Source: Mobula hypostoma (Eukaryota). From it: DNA of 64,000 nt. The stretch's first letter is position 1. Each line of letters opens with the position of its first letter. Positions 63,785 to 64,000 of the stretch are shown here, piece after piece. The translations under genes were made by a program, and so were the position numbers. Under the pieces are notes generated by a model. It was not told the DNA's origin, searched no databases, and saw nothing but the letters and a program-made list of their open reading frames with translations. The stretch is taken from assembly GCF_963921235.1 (NCBI RefSeq), contig NC_086114.1, positions 57,598,001 through 57,662,000 of the forward strand, in the 5' to 3' direction.

Positions 63785-64000
63785 TAAACACAAGAGATTC
63801 TGCAGATGCTAGAAATTCAGAGCAAAACAGACACAATTCTGGAAAATCTCAGCAGGTCAGGCAGCATCTATGGAAATGAATAAACAATGAATAATCAGCC
63901 GAGACCCTTCTTCAGGACTGGAAGGGAAGGGGAAAATAACAGAATAAAGAGGTGGGGGGAGGTGAGGGAGGAGAAGGAAGATTAGCTAGGTGAGTATTGG
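63785..64000 (-). mobile_element. Penelope-type terminal repeat running off the window end
   Basis: ATTCTGCAGATGCT...GCAGCATCT...GAGACCCTTCTTCAGGACT, similar to the 37268-37396 arm. Confidence 0.65.

Overview
Vertebrate genomic DNA. The repeat complement suggests a cartilaginous fish, probably a ray (inference). Three intron-containing host genes can be assembled by hand with canonical GT-AG splice sites and consistent phases: IDH3A (minus, coding exons 1-3), a complete 9-coding-exon LRRC61 (minus, 251 aa), and CIB2 (plus, coding exon 1). Most of the remainder is transposable elements: CR1, Rex1/L2-type and RTE-type LINE fragments; Penelope-like pieces carrying minimal hammerhead-ribozyme motifs; Tc1, Tigger and hAT DNA transposons; tRNA-derived SINEs; three solo LTRs; and two Gmr1-type Ty3/gypsy proviruses. 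The most unusual items are: (i) a very young LTR element with intact Gag and protease, whose integrase/RT region is shrunk and catalytically dead yet still an open frame; (ii) a TSD-flanked palindromic insertion made of two inverted hammerhead-bearing Penelope termini; (iii) an intron-rich LRRC61 sitting between IDH3A and CIB2; (iv) a fixed-spacing repeated CATAGG-N13-CAATCA module in the IDH3A promoter. Exon, LTR and TSD coordinates were counted by hand. Boundaries of degraded repeats are approximate.
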